Source of the DNA: an uncultured Acidobacteriota bacterium
GTDB taxonomy: Bacteria > Acidobacteriota > UBA6911
DNA length: 64,000 nucleotides
Assembly: GCA_963843575.1 (NCBI GenBank)
Contig: CAWJKZ010000019.1
Span: 464,907-528,906 of the forward strand
Direction: 5' to 3'
Positions 11,531-21,110 of the stretch are shown here, in pieces; position 1 is the stretch's first letter; each line of letters starts with the position of its first letter. Below the pieces are notes generated by a model that saw nothing but the letters and a program-made list of their open reading frames with translations, made no database searches and was not told the origin of the DNA. Made by a program: the position numbers and the translations under genes.

Positions 11531-12359
11531 CCGCATTCTCCCGGACATATCTCTCGACGGGGGACTCGCCTTCGGAGGGCCGCTGGTCGGTGTACTGGAA
11601 CGCCTCCGCGTAGGCGCAGCCGTGGCTCCTGCCCAGCTCCTCGTACTCGGCCAGCAGGAACTTCCGGACGTACTCGCGGTCGGCCGTCCGGTCGTCGCCA
11701 CCGAGGAGCGGCAGCCGGCGCCCCTCCCGCGCCAGCCTGGACCTCAGCTTCGACCCGGCGCCGCCGTCCCCCTGCGACCGGCACTCGACGATGGCGTCGA
11801 TCTTGCGCTCGATCACGGAGCTGATGTCAACGACGCGGTTGGACGGCTGGCCCGGGCGCGCCACGAAGTAGTACCGCTCCCGGACGGCGTGCGGCAGTAT
11901 CCCGGCCTCGGCGTGTTCCGGGTAGTCCCCCGCCATGCCCGACATCCAGCACGCCTCCTCGACGGCCCGCCCCGTCACCCAGTGATCGGGGTTCTCCTCG
12001 CCGTGCCCCCACGGGTTGAAGCTCAGGACGATGTCGACCTTGAGGTGCCGGAAGAGGAAGATCAGCCGCGACCGCAGCTCCTGGCTCGAGATGTCGTTCA
12101 TCCGGTGATTGCGGTAGTAGAAATCGAACACGCCGGAAACCCCCAGGGCGGTGGCCATCCGCTGGTGCTCCGCCTCGTTGCTCTTTATGTTGAGGGCCGG
12201 GGAGCCTCCGCCGCACTTCTCGTCGTTGGTGGTGCGGATGATGTAGCCGGCGGCGCCCTCCTGGACCAGCTTGGCCAGGGTGCCGCCGCAGTAGTACGGG
12301 ATGTCGTCCAGGTGCGCGTGGACCGCAGCGAAGACTTTGCCGGTGTGTGGATTCGACAT
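11508..12359 (-). CDS. PIG-L/LmbE family deacetylase, no signal peptide
   Basis: HAHLDD and ENPDH metal-binding motifs; paralog of 13619..14572. Confidence 0.85.
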   Translation of the reverse strand: MSNPHTGKVFAAVHAHLDDIPYYCGGTLAKLVQEGAAGYIIRTTNDEKCGGGSPALNIKSNEAEHQRMATALGVSGVFDFYYRNHRMNDISSQELRSRLIFLFRHLKVDIVLSFNPWGHGEENPDHWVTGRAVEEACWMSGMAGDYPEHAEAGILPHAVRERYYFVARPGQPSNRVVDISSVIERKIDAIVECRSQGDGGAGSKLRSRLAREGRRLPLLGGDDRTADREYVRKFLLAEYEELGRSHGCAYAEAFQYTDQRPSEGESPVERYVRENAVPSGSGL

Positions 12360-12378
12360 GATGGCCCTCAGCAAAAGA

Positions 12379-13610
12379 AAAGGCAAGCATGATCCCAAGT
12401 GGGTCCGGGCTTCAGCCCGGACGTTTTTAAAACCGTTTCATATCGTGACAGACGCACCGCGTAGCCACTGCAAAAGGCAAGCATGATCCCAAGTGGGTCC
12501 GGGCTTCAGCCCGGACGTTTTTAAAACCGTTTCGTATCGTGACAGACGCACTGCGTAGCCACTGCAAAAGGCAAGCATGATCCCAAGTGGGTCCGGGCTT
12601 CAGCCCGGACGTTTTTAAAACCGTTTCATATCGTGACAGACGCACCGCGTAGCCACTGCAAAAGGCAAGCATGATCCCAAGTGGGTCCGGGCTTCAGCCC
12701 GGACGTTTTCAAAACCGTTTCATATCGTGACAGACGCACCGCGTAGCCACTGCAAAAGGCAAGCATGATCCCAAGTGGGTCCGGGCTTCAGCCCGGACGT
12801 TTTCAAAACCGTTTCATATCGTGACAGACGCACCGCGTAGCCACTGCAAAAGGCAAGCATGATCCCAAGTGGGTCCGGGCTTCAGCCCGGACGTTCTTAA
12901 AACCGTTCCGTATCGTGACAGATGCACTCAATAGCGACTGCAAAAGGCGTCCGGGCTGAAGCCCGGACCCACTAAGTGTGCGCACATGACGTTTTCAAAA
13001 CCGTTTCATATCGTGACAGACGCACCGCGTAGCCACTGCAAAAGGCAAGCATGATCCCAAGTGGGTCCGGGCTTCAGCCCGGACGTTCTTAAAACCGTTC
13101 CGTATCGTGACAGATGCACTCAATAGCGACTGCAAAAGGCGTCCGGGCTGAAGCCCGGACCCACTAAGTGTGCGCACATGACGTTTTTAAAACCGTTTCA
13201 TATCGTGACAGACGCACTCAATAGCGACTGCAAAAGGCGTCCGGGCTGAAGCCCGGACCCACTAAGTGTGCGCACATGACGTTCTTAAAACCGTTCCGTA
13301 TCGTGACAGATGCACTCAATAGCGACTGCAAAAGGCGTCCGGGCTGAAGCCCGGACCCACTAAGTGTGCGCACATGACGTTTTTAAAACCGTTTCATATC
13401 GTGACAGATGCACTCAATAGCGACTGCAAAAGGCGTCCGGGCTGAAGCCCGGACCCACTAAGTGTGCGCACATGACGTTTTTAAAACCGTTCCGTATCGT
13501 GACAGATGCACTCAATAGCGACTGCAAAAGGCGTCCGGGCTGAAGCCCGGACCCACTAAGTGTGCGCACATGACGATTTTAAAACCGTTTCATATCGTGA
13601 CAGATGCGTA
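12379..13610. repeat. Mosaic tandem array of REP-containing units (BIME/REPIN-like), 94-bp and 98-bp periods
   Basis: 7 forward and 6 reverse GTGGGTCCGGGCTTCAGCCCGGAC copies; GATCCC recurs every 94 bp from 12391 to 12861; ACTAAG recurs every 98 bp from 13163 to 13555. Confidence 0.95.
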
Positions 13611-13618
13611 TATTTGTT

Positions 13619-14572
13619 TTACCGAAGCGGGACTGCGTTTCGGCGAATGTACTCCTCCATCGTCGGGGTGTATCCGGCGGCGGGCCCGACGTAGTGAAAT
13701 GCCTCCGCATACTGGACGCCGTGCGTGCTCCCGAGCGCCCTCGCCCCTTCCATCAGAAACTCCCTGACGTACTGATAATTCGCGGTCCGGTCGTCGGACC
13801 CGAGGAGCGGCAGCTTCCTGTTTTCCCGCGCGAGCCTCTCGCGCAGCGCGACGCCTGCGTTTCCGGCCGGACCCTGCGCCTTGTTGGCGAGGTTGGCCTC
13901 GATCTTCCGCTCGATGACGGAGCCGATGTCGACGACCCGGTTGACGATCTGCGGGCCGCGCGCGTGGTAGTACTTCTCGGTGACGGCGTGCGGCCGGATG
14001 CCGGCGGCGGCGTGTTCTGGGTAATCCTTGCCGCCGCCGGCCATCCAGCAGGCGGCTTCTACGGCGCGCGCCGTGACGTAGTGGTCGGGGTTTTCCTCGT
14101 ACGGCGCCCACGGGTCGTACGATATGACCGTGTCCACCTTCAGCACTCGGAACAGAAATATCAGCCGCGCCTTGAGCTCGATGATGTCGACCTCTTCCAT
14201 CGAGTGGTTGCGGTATCCGAGGTCGAAGGCCTTCTTCAGGCCGAGCGCGCGGGCGACCTCCTGGTTGTCGATCTCGTTGGCCACGACGGTATCCCCAAGG
14301 GTCCCCGGGCCGGCGTGGTCGTCGTTGCTGGTGCGGATCAGGTAGCCGGTGTACCCCTCCCGGACGAGTTTCGCCACCGTGCCGCCGGCGAAGAGCGGGA
14401 TGTCGTCGGCGTGCGGCTGGATGGCGGCCAGCACCTTGCCGCGGTGCGGCTGCCCGGCGCGGTCGCGTTCGACGACCACCTCCTCGGCGCGCTCCGCCGG
14501 CGCGGCCGGGAGCGCGCAGCCGCCCAACGCCGCCCCCGCCACCGTCCTGCCCAGAAAATCTCTCCGGTCCAT
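13619..14572 (-). CDS. Tat-exported PIG-L/LmbE family deacetylase
   Basis: MDRRDFL Tat motif, QPHADD, ENPDH; GGAGG RBS. Confidence 0.88.
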   Translation of the reverse strand: MDRRDFLGRTVAGAALGGCALPAAPAERAEEVVVERDRAGQPHRGKVLAAIQPHADDIPLFAGGTVAKLVREGYTGYLIRTSNDDHAGPGTLGDTVVANEIDNQEVARALGLKKAFDLGYRNHSMEEVDIIELKARLIFLFRVLKVDTVISYDPWAPYEENPDHYVTARAVEAACWMAGGGKDYPEHAAAGIRPHAVTEKYYHARGPQIVNRVVDIGSVIERKIEANLANKAQGPAGNAGVALRERLARENRKLPLLGSDDRTANYQYVREFLMEGARALGSTHGVQYAEAFHYVGPAAGYTPTMEEYIRRNAVPLR

Positions 14573-14591
14573 GGCCCTCCTCCGTGTGGCG

Positions 14592-17381
14592 TCAGACTGC
14601 ACGGGGATAATCGACGACGGCGCGTATCGCGTCCTCCAGTTGCTCGACGTTGACGGGCTTGGTCAGGTGCGCCGCGAACCCCGCGGCGCGGCTCGCCGCG
14701 ATGTCCTGCTCCCGGCCGTAGCCGCTGAGCGCGATGCCCGGGAGCATCCGTCCCCCGTCCCGCAGGGCGCGCATGAGATCGAGCCCGCTCCCGTCCGGCA
14801 GCCCCAGGTCGCTGATCAAGAGGTCGAAGCCGCCCGGCTCGGCCGCGGCGCTCAGGGCGGATGCCATGTCCGCCGCCCCGGACACCTCGTGCCCCTGCCC
14901 CTCCAGCACCAGCTTCATCATATCGGCCGTGTCCCCGTGGTCCTCGACCAGGAGGATCCTCAGGCTGCGGGATCGGGTTTCCGGGCGGCGCACGGCCTCG
15001 GCCTGTCGCCGCGGCGGCAGGCTCGGCACCATCGGCAGCGTGATCGAGAATGTGGTGCCCTTGCCCGGGCCTTCGCTCGCGGCCCGAATCGTGCCGCCGT
15101 GCATCTCCAGCATGGCCTTGGTGATTGTGAGCCCCAGCCCGAGACCGCCAAACTGCGTACTGCGTCCCTCGCTCTCCCGCTCGAACGGCTTGAACAGGTG
15201 CGGCATCAGCCGGGGCGAAATGCCGAGCCCGTTGTCGTTGACCTCCGTCGTGACCTGGAACGGGCCCACCTTCCGGCAGCGGACCTGGATGCGGCCCCCG
15301 GCAGGGGTGAACTTGACCGCGTTCTTGATCACATTCCAGAACGCCTGCTGCAGCCGCGCCGGGTCCGCGTCGATGACGTACGGCGCGTCGGGCCCCATTT
15401 CCACGCTGAAGTCGAGCTCGCGGGCCTCGACGTCGGGCATGCACACCTCGACCGCGCGGCGGATGACCTCGCAGAGCTCCACCGGCTGCTTGTGCAGTTC
15501 CACCTTGCCGCGCGCGATGCGCGTCACGTCCAGGAGGTCGTCGATGAGGCGGGCCTCGAGCTCGACGTTGCGGCGCACGATCTCCAGCCTCTCCTGGACG
15601 TCGCGGGGCAGGCGCGGATCGTGCTGGAGCATCGAGACCGAGGCCAGCACGGGCGTCAGCGGGGTGCGCAGTTCGTGCGAGAGCACGGCCAGGAACTCAT
15701 CCTTGGCGCGCCCGGCCTCCTCGGCCTCGGCCCTGGCCGCCTCGGCGACGGTCTTGGCCGCGACCAGGGCCTCCGACACGGCGCGGCTCTCGCTGATGTC
15801 GGTGCACGTTCCGAACCAGCGCACGACGCGCTCGTCGGAGCCCTTCAGGGGCACGACGCGGGTCAGGAACCAGCGGAAACCCCCGTCGGCCCCCCGCAGC
15901 GAGACCTCGACGTCCATCGGCTCCCCCGTGACGATCGACGCGCGCCAGCGCTCGATGGCTTCAGGCGCTGCCGACGGTTCGAGCACGCTCTGCCATCCCC
16001 ACCCTTCGGCCTGCGCCAAGGTCGTGCCGGTGTACTCGTACCAGCGCCGGTTGTACCAGTAGACGCCGCCGTCGGCTGCGGCTATGAAGGCCAGCTGCGG
16101 GATGGCGTCGGCCATCGTCCGGAACTGCTCTTCGCTTTCCCCCAGCGCTTTTTCGTGTCTCCACTTGTCCGAGACGTCGCGGAACACCCACACGACCCCG
16201 CGTGCCGTCCCCTCGGGGCCCTTGACCGGAGCGGTACTGTGCTCGACGGGGATCTCGCGGCCGTCCCGCGAGATCAGGAGCGCGTGGCGGGACGGGTCGG
16301 CCGGGTCCCCGATCGCCTGCCAGGTGCCTTCCTCCACGACGTGAAACACGGAATGCAACGCCTGCCCCTCGGCCTCGGCGCGCCCCCAGCCGGTCAGGTG
16401 CTCCGCCTCCTCGTTGGCGAAGGTGACGCGGCCCTGGAGATCGGTGACGATCACGCCGTCGCCGATGCTGGCCAGCGTCACCGACAGCAGCTCCTGCTGC
16501 CGGCGCAAAACGTCCGCCGCTTCGTCGAGCCGCCGGCCGCTCAACCAGACCAGGGTCGTGAAGGCCAGGATGATCGTCAGCATGACGATCGCCGTCCCCA
16601 GCGCCGGATCGTAGAGACCGCGTCGCTCGCCGAGCAGCCGCAGCCAGCCCATGACGAGCGGCAGCAGCACGGAAGGGACCAGGAGCCGCCGGATCATGAC
16701 CCCCCCGGGCCCCGGCGAGGTCAGCAGCGCCGTCATGCCTTCCCGCGGCCGGGCGCAGAGCAGCCCCACGCTCAGGGTCAGCGACGTAAGCGCGGTGGGC
16801 CAGGCGATGCCCGTGAGCCGGGCGAGCCCGTACAGCTCCCGCGCCTCGTAGAGGTAGCCGAGCGTCGGCAGCAGCGCGAGCAGCCCGACGACCACGGCCA
16901 GCGGCTGCCACAGGCGCCGGCCTTCGCGCCGGCTCAGGCTCAAGAGCGCCGCCCCGAGCAGCACTAGACTCAACGCGGCCGGCGGGCCCATGCGATTCGG
17001 GCTCGTCGTCGCGCTCGCCCCCGGCGCCTCCCGGGCCAGCAGCTGGTCGACGTGCAGGTCCCAGCCGCTGACGTGCTCCACCAGCGTCACGGCCCCGAGG
17101 AGCAGGACGACGGCCGCGCAGGCGCGGGCCGCCCAACGGCGCCACGGCCCAGGCCGCTCCGGCAACAGCAGGAAAAGCGACGTACCCGCCAGCAGGATCC
17201 CCACCGCCGCGTTGGTCTTCATGACGATGGCGCCGGCGAGCAGCGCGTGGATGTTCAGGAACCACGCGGCCGCGACGAGCGCGCCCGTGGCGACGGCCGC
17301 CAGGGAGCAGAGGAGTGCAATCGAGTGAAGCACCCGGACGATGCGTTGGCCCTTGTGGGACGCCGCGGTCTCTTCGGTCAT
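14592..17381 (-). CDS. Hybrid histidine kinase (multi-TM, two PAS, HisKA, HATPase, REC)
   Basis: SIGDGVIVTD PAS, LSHELRTPL, NAVKFT, GGLGLGL, LLVEDH, DLGLPDGSG. Confidence 0.93.
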   Translation of the reverse strand: MTEETAASHKGQRIVRVLHSIALLCSLAAVATGALVAAAWFLNIHALLAGAIVMKTNAAVGILLAGTSLFLLLPERPGPWRRWAARACAAVVLLLGAVTLVEHVSGWDLHVDQLLAREAPGASATTSPNRMGPPAALSLVLLGAALLSLSRREGRRLWQPLAVVVGLLALLPTLGYLYEARELYGLARLTGIAWPTALTSLTLSVGLLCARPREGMTALLTSPGPGGVMIRRLLVPSVLLPLVMGWLRLLGERRGLYDPALGTAIVMLTIILAFTTLVWLSGRRLDEAADVLRRQQELLSVTLASIGDGVIVTDLQGRVTFANEEAEHLTGWGRAEAEGQALHSVFHVVEEGTWQAIGDPADPSRHALLISRDGREIPVEHSTAPVKGPEGTARGVVWVFRDVSDKWRHEKALGESEEQFRTMADAIPQLAFIAAADGGVYWYNRRWYEYTGTTLAQAEGWGWQSVLEPSAAPEAIERWRASIVTGEPMDVEVSLRGADGGFRWFLTRVVPLKGSDERVVRWFGTCTDISESRAVSEALVAAKTVAEAARAEAEEAGRAKDEFLAVLSHELRTPLTPVLASVSMLQHDPRLPRDVQERLEIVRRNVELEARLIDDLLDVTRIARGKVELHKQPVELCEVIRRAVEVCMPDVEARELDFSVEMGPDAPYVIDADPARLQQAFWNVIKNAVKFTPAGGRIQVRCRKVGPFQVTTEVNDNGLGISPRLMPHLFKPFERESEGRSTQFGGLGLGLTITKAMLEMHGGTIRAASEGPGKGTTFSITLPMVPSLPPRRQAEAVRRPETRSRSLRILLVEDHGDTADMMKLVLEGQGHEVSGAADMASALSAAAEPGGFDLLISDLGLPDGSGLDLMRALRDGGRMLPGIALSGYGREQDIAASRAAGFAAHLTKPVNVEQLEDAIRAVVDYPRAV

Positions 17382-17555
17382 GCTTTAGTGCCTGAGATTG
17401 CCGGGCACGGCACGTCAGCCGTCCTGGGCCTGGACACGCATCGGACCCGATGCTGGGTCCTCCCCTGCGCAGTTGCCGAATGTGAAAGTCGCGTACATTA
17501 TATACGCCTCTCACCGGCGTATTACAGGATCCAGGAAAGCCAAAGGCAAAAGCAG

Positions 17556-17683
17556 CACGCGGATTTATTGCGGATTTAACGGATCAACGCGGGCCGGCCC
17601 TCGTGGCGGAATGCCGGACGCGGCCTGTCAATCAAGTGTCGGCCTTTTTTTAAATCCGCGTAGAGCCGCGTCGATCCGCGTCC
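17556..17683. repeat. Family-3 ~10-bp periodic inverted repeats (ACGCGGAT / ATCCGCGT)
   Basis: CACGCGGATTTATTGCGGAT...ATCCGCGTAGAGCCGCGTCGATCCGCGT; internal arm shared with 59337-59365. Confidence 0.7.
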
Positions 17684-17694
17684 GAAAGATCGAG

Positions 17695-18792
17695 TCACAG
17701 GGCCGCGAGGACGTCCTTCATGAGCCGCTTGGACCCTTCGACGCCGTCCCAGGGCCCGTGCTCGTACTCCAGGCAGATCGTCCCCTTGAACCGGTGCGCG
17801 TTCAGGATGCTCACGCAGCGCGCGACGTCGTTCCAGTCCTTCTCGGGCGTCTTCCAGCGGTCCCAGTACTTGGCGTGCACGTGCGTGTGGGTGTAAGGCA
17901 TCACCGCCTCCAGCCCGTGAAAGAGGTGGTACTCGTTCTCCCAGTTGGCGAAGTCGGGGGTGCACTCGCAGTAGGGGTGGTTGACCTCGTCCATGATGAT
18001 CCGGATGTTCATCGGGTTGGCGCACAGCCCCCAGTGGTTTTCGATCGTGATCTTGACCCCGACCTTTTCGCCGTAGTCGGCCAGCTCCTTGAACGACTCG
18101 ATGCACTTCTTCAGGTAGACCACGATCTTGTCGTTTTTCGGGTACCCGGTTTCGTGCGGGGAGGCCTCGGGCATGATGCGCGTCCCTGAGACGCCGGTGT
18201 TGGCGCGCATCGTCTTGGCCTTCAGGAGGGCGGCGGCGTCCATCCAGATCTTGGCGGTGCGGATGCCCTCCTTGCGTTTTTCGTCGTCGGGGTCGGCGAG
18301 GTTCTGCGGCGCGTTGTTGGAGATGTGCTGGCAGACGGTCTTCGTTTTCTCGATGTTCGCGTAGAGCCTTTCGAGCCACTTCCGGGACGACGGAGCCGAG
18401 GGGTCCCAGCGGTAAGAGGTGAAGGTGCGCCCGTCCCTGTCGATTTTCGTCTCGGTGTACTGCGTCTTGTCGGTGACGTCGCCGAACACGTCGGACCAGA
18501 GGTCGAGGTGATAGACGCCGGGATAGGTGTCCCTGGTCCATTGCGGGAAGTCGAGCATGGTGATTTCGCCATATTTCTTTTTCATGGCGGCGGCCTCCTC
18601 GCTGGGCGGCCGCTGGCCGATGCTCTTGAACATGAATCGGGGAGGCCAGCAGCTGGAGGCGATGCGGGAGAGCTTCTCCTCCTCGGTGAGCTGACGCATG
18701 ACGGAAGAGGCCTGCGCGCCGGAGCCGCCCAGAAGGCCCGCGGCAGCCCCGAGCGCCGCTGATTTGAGAAAATCCCTGCGGTCGGTAGTCAT
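17695..18792 (-). CDS. Tat-exported sugar phosphate isomerase/epimerase (xylose isomerase-like TIM barrel)
   Basis: DRRDFLK, IENHWG, PDFANW, HVHAK, LEYE metal ligands. Confidence 0.85.
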   Translation of the reverse strand: MTTDRRDFLKSAALGAAAGLLGGSGAQASSVMRQLTEEEKLSRIASSCWPPRFMFKSIGQRPPSEEAAAMKKKYGEITMLDFPQWTRDTYPGVYHLDLWSDVFGDVTDKTQYTETKIDRDGRTFTSYRWDPSAPSSRKWLERLYANIEKTKTVCQHISNNAPQNLADPDDEKRKEGIRTAKIWMDAAALLKAKTMRANTGVSGTRIMPEASPHETGYPKNDKIVVYLKKCIESFKELADYGEKVGVKITIENHWGLCANPMNIRIIMDEVNHPYCECTPDFANWENEYHLFHGLEAVMPYTHTHVHAKYWDRWKTPEKDWNDVARCVSILNAHRFKGTICLEYEHGPWDGVEGSKRLMKDVLAAL

Positions 18793-18863
18793 ATCGTTTC
18801 CCCTGTCGGATTTTGGAGTTCGCCGCCTCGACGCCGGAAATTGTACCTCAAGTGGGTCAGTTG

Positions 18864-18935
18864 CACGCGGGTCCACGCAGATCAAAGACAACGCCTTTGT
18901 TCTTGATCCGCGTCGATCCGCGTCAATCCGCGTCC
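18864..18935. repeat. Family-3 periodic repeat cluster
   Basis: GATCCGCGTC GATCCGCGTC AATCCGCGTC preceded by degenerate inverted copies. Confidence 0.7.
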
Positions 18936-18977
18936 CAAAAAACGTCATCTCCCCCGCGCCCCCCGGGTGCGTGAGTC

Positions 18978-19020
18978 TTGATGCTCATTCATGACCAGAG
19001 TAATATGACTAGAGTCAATT
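18978..19020 (+). promoter_or_regulatory. Sigma70-like promoter and probable autoregulatory operator of the TA operon
   Basis: TTGATG-17 bp-TAATAT; repeats TGACCAGAGT and TGACTAGAGTCA flank the -10; AAGGAG RBS follows. Confidence 0.6.
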
Positions 19021-19033
19021 AAGGAGAGCGATC

Positions 19034-19264
19034 ATGGGTCCGGTCTCCAAATCGAAATTCAAGTCCCGCGCCCTGCACTATTTCAGGGAAGTCGAAAAGA
19101 CCGGCCGCCCCGTCGTCATCACGGATCGCGGACGGCCGGTGGCCAAGGTCGTCCCCTACTCCGAAAATCCGGAGGAACGGTTGAACGAGCTCCGTCACAC
19201 GGTGCTCCACTATTCCGGCCCTCTCGAGCCGGTCGGGGTCGAGGACTGGGAGGCGCTGGAGTGA
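19034..19264 (+). CDS. Phd/YefM family antitoxin
   Basis: SKSKFKS...VVITDRGRPVAKVVP; GTGA overlap with the toxin. Confidence 0.9.
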   Translation: MGPVSKSKFKSRALHYFREVEKTGRPVVITDRGRPVAKVVPYSENPEERLNELRHTVLHYSGPLEPVGVEDWEALE

Positions 19265-19656
19265 TCCTGCTGGACACGCATGCCTGGGTGTGGTTCGTGG
19301 ACGACCCCCGCCTGCTGAGCGCGCCGGCGCGCAAGGCCGCCGAGAAGGCGTTGGCCGCGGGCTCCGTGGCCATTTCGTCCATCAGCGCCTGGGAAGTCGC
19401 CAAGCTTGCGGCCTGCGGACGCTTGAAGCTGACCATCGACGTGCGCGACTGGATCGCCAAGTGCGAAGCGCTTCCGTTCTTCAACTTCATCCCCGCCGAC
19501 GACGCCATCCTGGTTCGTTCCGTTTTCCTCCCCGGCCCGCTCCCCGCGGATCCGGCGGACCGGATCATCGTCGCCACCGCCCTCGCACGGGGGATCCCGA
19601 TCGTCACGAAAGACCGGAAGATACGGGGCTACCCGGGTGTCCGGTCCATCTGGTGA
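19261..19656 (+). CDS. vapC: VapC (PIN domain) toxin
   Basis: LLDTHAWVW, SAWEV, DPADRIIVATA, VTKD. Confidence 0.92.
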   Translation: MILLDTHAWVWFVDDPRLLSAPARKAAEKALAAGSVAISSISAWEVAKLAACGRLKLTIDVRDWIAKCEALPFFNFIPADDAILVRSVFLPGPLPADPADRIIVATALARGIPIVTKDRKIRGYPGVRSIW

Positions 19657-19657
19657 T

Positions 19658-19812
19658 TCACCTCGAAGTCTCAAAGACCTCGAAGCGTTCTCTGGACCGC
19701 AGCGCCTCGGAGCCGGGGTTGAATTGCCCTGAATGGCGCAAATCGCGGCGCCGAGGCGCCGCGATGAAAGCGGCGTCGAGCCGCCGCACTCCACAAGAGC
19801 CTTCGAGGTGAG
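19658..19812. repeat. Family-2 REP inside an 11-bp inverted-repeat-bounded segment
   Basis: TCACCTCGAAG ... AAAGCGGCGTCGAGCCGCCGCACTCCA ... CTTCGAGGTGA. Confidence 0.6.
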
Positions 19813-19820
19813 CTTGTGTC

Positions 19821-21072
19821 TCACCTCTCAGGCGCGCTCCACTCCGGGTGGACCATGAGCACACCGGAAAGCCCCGGAGGGTTTCCCGCAGGTTCAGTCA
19901 CCCGCATGGTGTGCATCTGCCAGTGATAATCAAAGACGTAGTCCCAATTCGTCGGATAAAGCCCCACGTTGACAAAATACATCCCAGGCTGCAGAGCCAC
20001 CTGCGGGATTTGGCATCTGAACACGCCGCGGCTGCGTGGAGCGCCCAAAGCAGAACCGACCGAGGGGATGGTGCTCTCGAAGCATTTTACGTTTGTTTCG
20101 CTGAAAACGCCCAACGTGAGCGCCATGTCCGGGATCGGGCGGCCCAACTCGTATTCGAGCTCGAAAGCGACGTCCTTGCCGGACTGGATGGCGCGGCCCG
20201 GCACGTTCTCTTCGTCGCAGACACTCAACGAAAGAATCTTCGCCTCGAGCGTTCCGACGCGTGTCCCTTTTTCGGGGATCTCGCCCTGTCCCGAGTCGGA
20301 GCCGGATACTTGCGCCGCTCGTTTTTCCGTGCGCTTGCGCATCAGCTCGTAATAACAGCGGATGGCCTCGTAGGGATCCGAGCGCATCGACCACCCGCCC
20401 TTCCTCCAACACTATGACCTCGTCGCACAGTCGCTCGATTTGCGCCGTATCGTGGGATACGAACACCAGGGTCTTGCCTGCCGCCTTGAACCGCCGCAAC
20501 CGGTCGAGGCATTTCTCCTGAAAGCGCATGTCGCCCACGGCGAGGACTTCGTCGATCATCAGGATGTCGGGGTCGAAGTGGATGGTGGCGGCGAACGCGA
20601 GCCGCATGTACATCCCGCTCGAATACGTCCGGACCGGCTGATCGATGAAGTTCTCCAGCTCCGCGAATTCGATGATACGGTCCCGCTCCCTCAGCACTTC
20701 CTGCCTTGTCAAGCCGTTGAGCAGCCCGGCCGTCATGATGTTTTCGCGTCCGGTCATTTCCAGGTGCAGCCCTCCGCCGAGCTCCAGGAGGCCGCTGACC
20801 TGGCCCTCTCGCTTGATGCTTCCCTCCGTCGGTTTGCTGAGGCCGCACAGTATGCGCAGCAACGTGCTCTTGCCGGCGCCGTTGTGGCCGATGAAGCCGA
20901 GGGTTCGCCCGCGCTCGAGGGAGAAGCTGACGTCCCTGAGCGCCCACGTCTGCACGGCCTGCTGATGCCGGCCCGTCAGGAATTGGACCGTCAGCTCCTT
21001 CAAGGTGCCCGGGCGGTCCCCGACGATGTCGAATCGCTTGGATAGGGCACTCGCAGTCAGGGCGGCCGGCAC
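19821..21072 (-). CDS. wzt: Wzt polysaccharide ABC ATPase with C-terminal Wzt_C-like domain (frameshift near 20390)
   Basis: GHNGAGKST, YSSGMYMRLAF, IDEVLAVGD, VSHD; C-terminal Ig-like region LQPGMYFVNVG. Confidence 0.9.
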
Positions 21073-21110
21073 CTCACACCCCCCGTCGCAGCCACGATGG
21101 GCACGCGCGC

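Noticed and set aside
12427-13177. Small repeated ORFs inside the array
   Set aside because: Translations of the repeat units, with no RBS or coding signature.
12379-13610. CRISPR array
   Set aside because: The intervening segments are near-identical rather than unique spacers, the repeats switch orientation, no cas genes are present, and the same palindrome is dispersed elsewhere.
5874-17514. Long Arg/Ala/Pro-rich alternative ORFs (5874..7985, 5981..8692, 9380..10798, 14349..16967, 15961..17514)
   Set aside because: Shadow ORFs of high-GC genes with no recognisable motifs.
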